Shown: in pieces, positions 58,201-64,000 of the stretch | Numbering within the stretch: the first letter of the stretch is position 1 | How the letters are laid out: each line of letters opens with the position of its first letter | NCBI GenBank assembly: GCA_002269645.1 | Contig: NIVC01000194.1 | Span: 1 to 64,000, forward strand | DNA: 64,000 bases | Reading direction: 5' to 3' | Source of the DNA: Macrostomum lignano | Lineage: Eukaryota | Made by a program: the position numbers and the translations under genes | Notes under the pieces: generated by a model | Databases searched by the model: none | What the model was told of the DNA's origin: nothing | What the model saw: only the letters and a program-made list of their open reading frames with translations

Positions 58201-61200
58201 AGGTGTCTAGGTTGCAACCTAGGGTGTGTAGCTTGCTTTGGCAGGTGTGTAGGTTGCAACCTAGGGTGTGTAGCTTGCTTTGGCAGGTGTCTAGGTTGCA
58301 ACCTAGGGTGTGTAGCTTGCTTTGGCAGGTGTCTAGGTTGCAACCTAGGGTGTGTAGCTTGCTTTGGCAGGTGTGTAGGTTGCAACCTAGGGTGTGTAGC
58401 TTGCTTTGGCAGGTGTCTAGGTTGCAACCTAGGGTGTGTAGCTTGCTTTGGCAGGTGTGTAGGTTGCAACCTAGGGTGTGTAGCTTGCTTTGGCAGGTGT
58501 GTAGGTTGCAACCTAGGGTGTGTAGCTTGCTTTGGCAGGTGTCTAGGTTGCAACCTAGGGTGTGTAGCTTGCTTTGGCAGGTGTGTAGGTTGCAACCTAG
58601 GGTGTGTAGCTTGCTTTGGCAGGTGTGTAGGTTGCAACCTAGGGTGTGTAGCTTGCTTTGGCAGGTGTGTAGGTTGCAACCTAGGGTGTGTAGCTTGCTT
58701 TGGCAGGTTTGGCAGGTGTCTAGGTTGCAACCTAGGGTGTGTAGCTTGCTTTGGCAGGTGTGTAGGTTGCAACCTAGGGTGTGTAGCTTGCTTTGGCAGG
58801 TGTGTAGGTTGCAACCTAGGGTGTGTAGCTTGCTTTGGCTTGCTTTGGCAGGTGTGTAGGTTGCAACCTAGGGTGTGTAGCTTGCTTTGGCAGGTGTCTA
58901 GGTTGCAACCTAGGGTGTGTAGCTTGCTTTGGCAGGTGTAGGTTGCAACCTAGGGTGTGTAGTTGCTTTGGGCAGGTGTGTAGGTTGCAACCTAGGGTGT
59001 GTAGCTTGCTTTGGCAGGTGTGTAGGTTGCAACCTAGGGTGTGTAGCTTGCTTTGGCGGGTGTGTAGCTTGCTTTGGCAGCTTGCAACCTAGGGTGTGTA
59101 GCTTGCTTTGGCGGGTGTCTAGGTTGCAACCTAGGGTGTGTAGCTTGCTTTGGTGGGTGTCTAGGTTGCAACCTAGGGTGTGTAGCTTGCTTTGGCGGGT
59201 GTGTAGCTTGCTTTGGCGGGTGTGTAGGTTGCAACCTAGGGTGTGTAGCTTGCTTTGGCGGGTGTCTAGGTTGCAACCTAGGGTGTGTAGCTTGCTTTGG
59301 CAGGTGTGTAGGTTGCAACCTAGGGTGTGTAGCTTGCTTTGGCAGGTGTGTAGCTTGCTTTGGCAGGTGTGTAGGTTGCAACCTAGGGTGTGTAGCTTGC
59401 TTTGGCAGGGTGTGTAGGTTGCAACCTAGGGTGTGTAGCTTGCTTTGGCAGGTGTGTAGGTTGCAACCTAGGGTGTGTAGCTTGCTTTGGCAGGTGTGTA
59501 GGTTGCAACCTAGGGTGTGTAGCTTGCTTTGGCAGGTGTGTAGGTTGCAACCTAGGGTGTGTAGCTTGCTTTGGCAGGTGTGTAGGTTGCAACCTAGGGT
59601 GTGTAGCTTGCTTTGGCAGGTGTGTAGGTTGCAACCTAGGGTGTGTAGCTTGCTTTGGCAGGTGTGTAGGTTGCAACCTAGGGTGTGTAGCTTGCTTTGG
59701 CGGTGTGTAGGTTGCAACCTAGGGTGTGTAGCTTGCTTTGGCAGGTGTGTAGGTTGCAACCTAGGGTGTGTAGCTTGCTTTGGCAGGTGTGTAGGTTGCA
59801 ACCTAGGGTGTGTAGCTTGCTTTGGCAGGTGTGTAGGTTGCAACCTAGGGTGTGTAGCTTGCTTTGGCAGGTGTCTAGGTTGTAGGTTGCAACCTAGGGT
59901 GTGTAGCTTGCTTTGGCAGGTGTGTAGGTTGCAACCTAGGGTGTGTAGCTTGCTTTGGCAGGTGTGTAGGTTGCAACCTAGGGTGTGTAGCTTGCTTTGG
60001 CAGGTGTGTAGGTTGCAACCTAGGGTGTGTAGCTTGCTTTGGCAGGTGTGTAGGTTGCAACCTAGGGTGTGTAGCTTGCTTTGGCAGGTGTGTAGGTTGC
60101 AACCTAGGGTGTGTAGCTTGCTTTGGCAGGTGTGTAGGTTGCAACCTAGGTGTGCAGGTGGTGTGTAGCAACCTAGGGTGTGTAGCTTGCTTTGGCAGGT
60201 GTGTAGGTTGCAACCTAGGGTGTGTAGCTTGCTTTGGCGGGTGTGTAGCTTGCTTTGGCAGGTGTGTAGGTTGCAACCTAGGGTGTGTAGCTTGCTTTGG
60301 CAGGTGTGTAGGTTGCAACCTAGGGTGTGTAGCTTGCTTTGGCAGGTGTGTAGGTTGCAACCTAGGGTGTAGCTTGCTAGGGTGTGTAGCTTGCTTTGGC
60401 AGGTGTGTAGGTTGCAACCTAGGGTGTGTAGCTTGCTTTGGCAGGTGTGTAGGTTGCAACCTAGGGTGTGTAGCTTGCTTTGGCAGGTGTTTGTAGCTTG
60501 CTTTGGCAGGTGTGTAGGTTGCAACCTAGGGTGTGTAGCTTGCTTTGGCAGGTGTGTAGGTTGCAACCTAGGGTGTGTAGCTTGCTTTGGCAGGTGTGTA
60601 GGTTGCAACCTAGGGTGTGTAGCTTGCTTTGGCAGGTGTGTAGGTTGCAACCTAGGGTGTGTAGCTTGCTTTGGCAGGTGTGTAGGTTGCAACCTAGGGT
60701 GTGTAGCTTGCTTTGGCAGGTGTGTAGGTTGCAACCTAGGGTGTGTAGCTTGCTTTGGCAGGTGTGTAGGTTGCAACCTAGGGTGTGTAGCTTGCTTTGG
60801 CAGGTGTGTAGGTTGCAACCTAGGGTGTGTAGCTTGCTTTGGCAGGTGTGTAGGTTGCAACCTAGGGTGTGTAGCTTGCTTTGGCAGGTGTCTAGGTTGC
60901 AACCTAGGGTGTGTAGCTTGCTTTGGCAGGTGTGTAGGTTGCAACCTAGGGTGTGTAGCTTGCTTTGGCAGGTGTGTAGGTTGCAACCTAGGGTGTGTAG
61001 CTTGCTTTGGCAGGTGTGTAGGTTGCAACCTAGGGTGTGTAGCTTGCTTTGGCAGGTGTCTAGGTTGCAACCTAGGGTGTGTAGCTTGCTTTGGCAGGTG
61101 TGTAGGTTGCAACCTAGGGTGTGTAGCTTGCTTTGGCAGGTGTGTAGGTTGCAACCTAGGGTGTGTAGCTTGCTTTGGCAGGTGTGTAGGTTGCAACCTA

Positions 61201-64000
61201 GGGTGTGTAGCTTGCTTTGGCAGGTGTGTAGGTTGCAACCTAGGGTGTGTAGCTTGCTTTGGCAGGTGTGTAGGTTGCAACCTAGGGTGTGTAGCTTGCT
61301 TTGGCAGGTGTCTAGGTTGCAACCTAGGGTGTGTAGCTTGCTTTGGCAGGTGTGTAGGTTGCAACCTAGGGTGTGTAGCTTGCTTTGGCAGGTGTGTAGG
61401 TTGCAACCTAGGGTGTGTAGCTTGCTTTGGCAGGTGTGTAGGTTGCAACCTAGGGTGTGTAGCTTGCTTTGGCAGGTGTGTAGGTTGCAACCTAGGGTGT
61501 GTAGCTTGCTTTGGCAGGTGTGTAGGTTGCAACCTAGGGTGTGTAGCTTGCTTTGGCAGGTGTGTAGGTTGCAACCTAGGGTGTGTAGCTTGCTTTGGCA
61601 GGTGTGTAGGTTGCAACCTAGGGTGTGTAGCTTGCTTTGGCAGGTGTGTAGGTTGCAACCTAGGGTGTGTAGCTTGCTTTGGCAGGTGTGTAGGTTGCAA
61701 CCTAGGGTGTGTAGCTTGCTTTGGCAGGTGTGTAGGTTGCAACCTAGGGTGTGTAGCTTGCTTTGGCAGGTGTGTAGGTTGCAACCTAGGGTGTGTAGCT
61801 TGCTTTGGCAGGTGTGTAGGTTGCAACCTAGGGTGTGTAGCTTGCTTTGGCAGGTGTGTAGGTTGCAACCTAGGGTGTGTAGCTTGCTTTGGCAGGTGTG
61901 TAGGTTGCAACCTAGGGTGTGTAGCTTGCTTTGGCAGGTGTGTAGGTTGCAACCTAGGGTGTGTAGCTTGCTTTGGCAGGTGTGTAGGTTGCAACCTAGG
62001 GTGTGTAGCTTGCTTTGGCAGCTTGCTTTGGCAGGTGTCTAGGTTGCAACCTAGGGTGTGTAGCTTGCTTTGGCAGGTGTGTAGGTTGCAACCTAGGGTG
62101 TGTAGCTTGCTTTGGCAGGTGTGTAGGTTGCAACCTAGGGTGTGTAGCTTGCTTTGGCAGGTGTGTAGGTTGCAACCTAGGGTGTGTAGCTTGCTTTGGC
62201 AGGTGTGTAGGTTGCAACCTAGGGTGTGTAGCTTGCTTTGGCAGGTGTCTAGGTTGCAACCTAGGGTGTGTAGCTTGCTTTGGCAGGTGTGTAGGTTGCA
62301 ACCTAGGGTGTGTAGCTTGCTTTGGCAGGTGTGTAGGTTGCAACCTAGGGTGTGTAGCTTGCTTTGGCGGGTGTGTAGCTTGCTTTGGCGGGTGTGTAGG
62401 TTGCAACCTAGGGTGTGTAGCTTGCTTTGGCGGGTGTCTAGGTTGCAACCTAGGGTGTGTAGCTTGCTTTGGCAGGTGTGTAGGTTGCAACCTAGGGTGT
62501 GTAGCTTGCTTTGGCGGTGTGTAGCTTGCTTTGGCAGGTGTGTAGGTTGCAACCTAGGGTGTGTAGCTTGCTTTGGCAGGTGTGTAGGTTGCAACCTAGG
62601 GTGTGTAGCTTGCTTTGGCAGGTGTGTAGGTTGCAACCTAGGGTGTGTAGCTTGCTTTGGCAGGTGTGTAGGTTGCAACCTAGGGTGTGTAGCTTGCTTT
62701 GGCAGGTGTGTAGGTTGCAACCTAGGGTGTGTAGCTTGCTTTGGCAGGTGTGTAGGTTGCAACCTAGGGTGTGTAGCTTGCTTTGGCAGGTGTGTAGGTT
62801 GCAACCTAGGGTGTGTAGCTTGCTTTGGCAGGTGTGTAGGTTGCAACCTAGGGTGTGTAGCTTGCTTTGGCAGGTGTGTAGGTTGCAACCTAGGGTGTGT
62901 AGCTTGCTTTGGCAGGTGTGTAGGTTGCAACCTAGGGTGTGTAGCTTGCTTTGGCAGGTGTGTAGGTTGCAACCTAGGGTGTGTAGCTTGCTTTGGCAGG
63001 TGTGTAGGTTGCAACCTAGGGTGTGTAGCTTGCTTTGGCGGTGTGTAGCTTGCTTTGGCAGGTGTGTAGGTTGCAACCTAGGGTGTGTAGCTTGCTTTGG
63101 CAGGTGTGTAGGTTGCAACCTAGGGTGTGTAGCTTGCTTTGGCAGGTGTGTCTAGGTTGCAACCTAGGGTGTGTAGCTTGCTTTGGCAGGTGTGTAGGTT
63201 GCAACCTAGGGTGTGTAGCTTGCTTTGGCAGGTGTGTAGGTTGCAACCTAGGGTGTGTAGCTTGCTTTGGCAGGTGTGTAGGTTGCAACCTAGGGTGTGT
63301 AGCTTGCTTTGGCAGGTGTGTAGGTTGCAACCTAGGGTGTGTAGCTTGCTTTGGCAGGTGTGTAGGTTGCAACCTAGGGTGTGTAGCTTGCTTTGGCAGG
63401 TGTGTAGGTTGCAACCTAGGGTGTGTAGCTTGCTTTGGCAGGTGTGTAGGTTGCAACCTAGGGTGTGTAGCTTGCTTTGGCAGGTGTCTAGGTTGCAACC
63501 TAGGGTGTGTAGCTTGCTTTGGCAGGTGTGTAGGTTGCAACCTAGGGTGTGTAGCTTGCTTTGGCAGGTGTGTAGGTTGCAACCTAGGGTGTGTAGCTTG
63601 CTTTGGCAGGTGTGTAGGTTGCAACCTAGGGTGTGTAGCTTGCTTTGGCAGGTGTGTAGGTTGCAACCTAGGGTGTGTAGCTTGCTTTGGCAGGTGTGTA
63701 GGTTGCAACCTAGGGTGTGTAGCTTGCTTTGGCAGGTGTGTAGGTTGCAACCTAGGGTGTGTAGCTTGCTTTGGCAGGTGTGTAGGTTGCAACCTAGGGT
63801 GTGTAGCTTGCTTTGGCAGGTGTGTAGGTTGCAACCTAGGGTGTGTAGCTTGCTTTGGCAGGTGTGTAGGTTGCAACCTAGGGTGTGTAGCTTGCTTTGG
63901 CAGGTGTGTAGGTTGCAACCTAGGGTGTGTAGCTTGCTTTGGCAGGTGTGTAGGTTGCAACCTAGGGTGTGTAGCTTGCTTTGGCAGGTGTGTAGGTTGC
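55265..64000. repeat. 42-bp intronic satellite (ggtgtgtaggttgcaacctag + ggtgtgtagcttgctttggca), >8.7 kb, runs off the window
   Basis: 14-aa periodicity; dimer of two 21-bp subunits; starts ~10 nt after the PINCH donor at 55257. Confidence 0.98.

Noticed and set aside
55097-63960. Very long ORFs (up to 1326 aa) with QPTHLPKQATHPRL or [14 protein letters not shown] repeats
   Set aside because: Translations of the 42-bp satellite in several frames and both strands; it lies inside a PINCH intron.

Overview
Eukaryotic (animal) genomic DNA with GC-rich exons and about 26 different tandem arrays covering roughly 28 kb (~40-45% by my hand estimate). The architecture resembles a free-living flatworm such as Macrostomum, which is inference only. 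Minus strand 1-17.5 kb: 5' half of a PDE4/dunce cAMP phosphodiesterase gene, with UCR1 exons and a string of at least six candidate alternative first exons that all end in phase-2 donors; two sit at RFX X-boxes. Plus strand: a complete 4-exon CASD1 (800 aa), a complete 3-exon TMEM68, a compact TMEM272-like gene (1-nt frameshift), an intronless vWA/KPVT-repeat gene (512 aa), and the 5' part of PINCH/LIMS, which has two parallel exons for the first zinc finger of LIM1 and then an 8.7-kb intronic 42-bp palindrome-bearing satellite. Also a small minus-strand single-TM ORF, a degenerate RTE-like reverse transcriptase, a LINE CCHC remnant, a tRNA-headed SINE and two MITEs. Most long ORFs in the supplied track are translations of tandem repeats, not genes. 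All exon models were derived by hand from splice signals and remembered family motifs; no searches were run.
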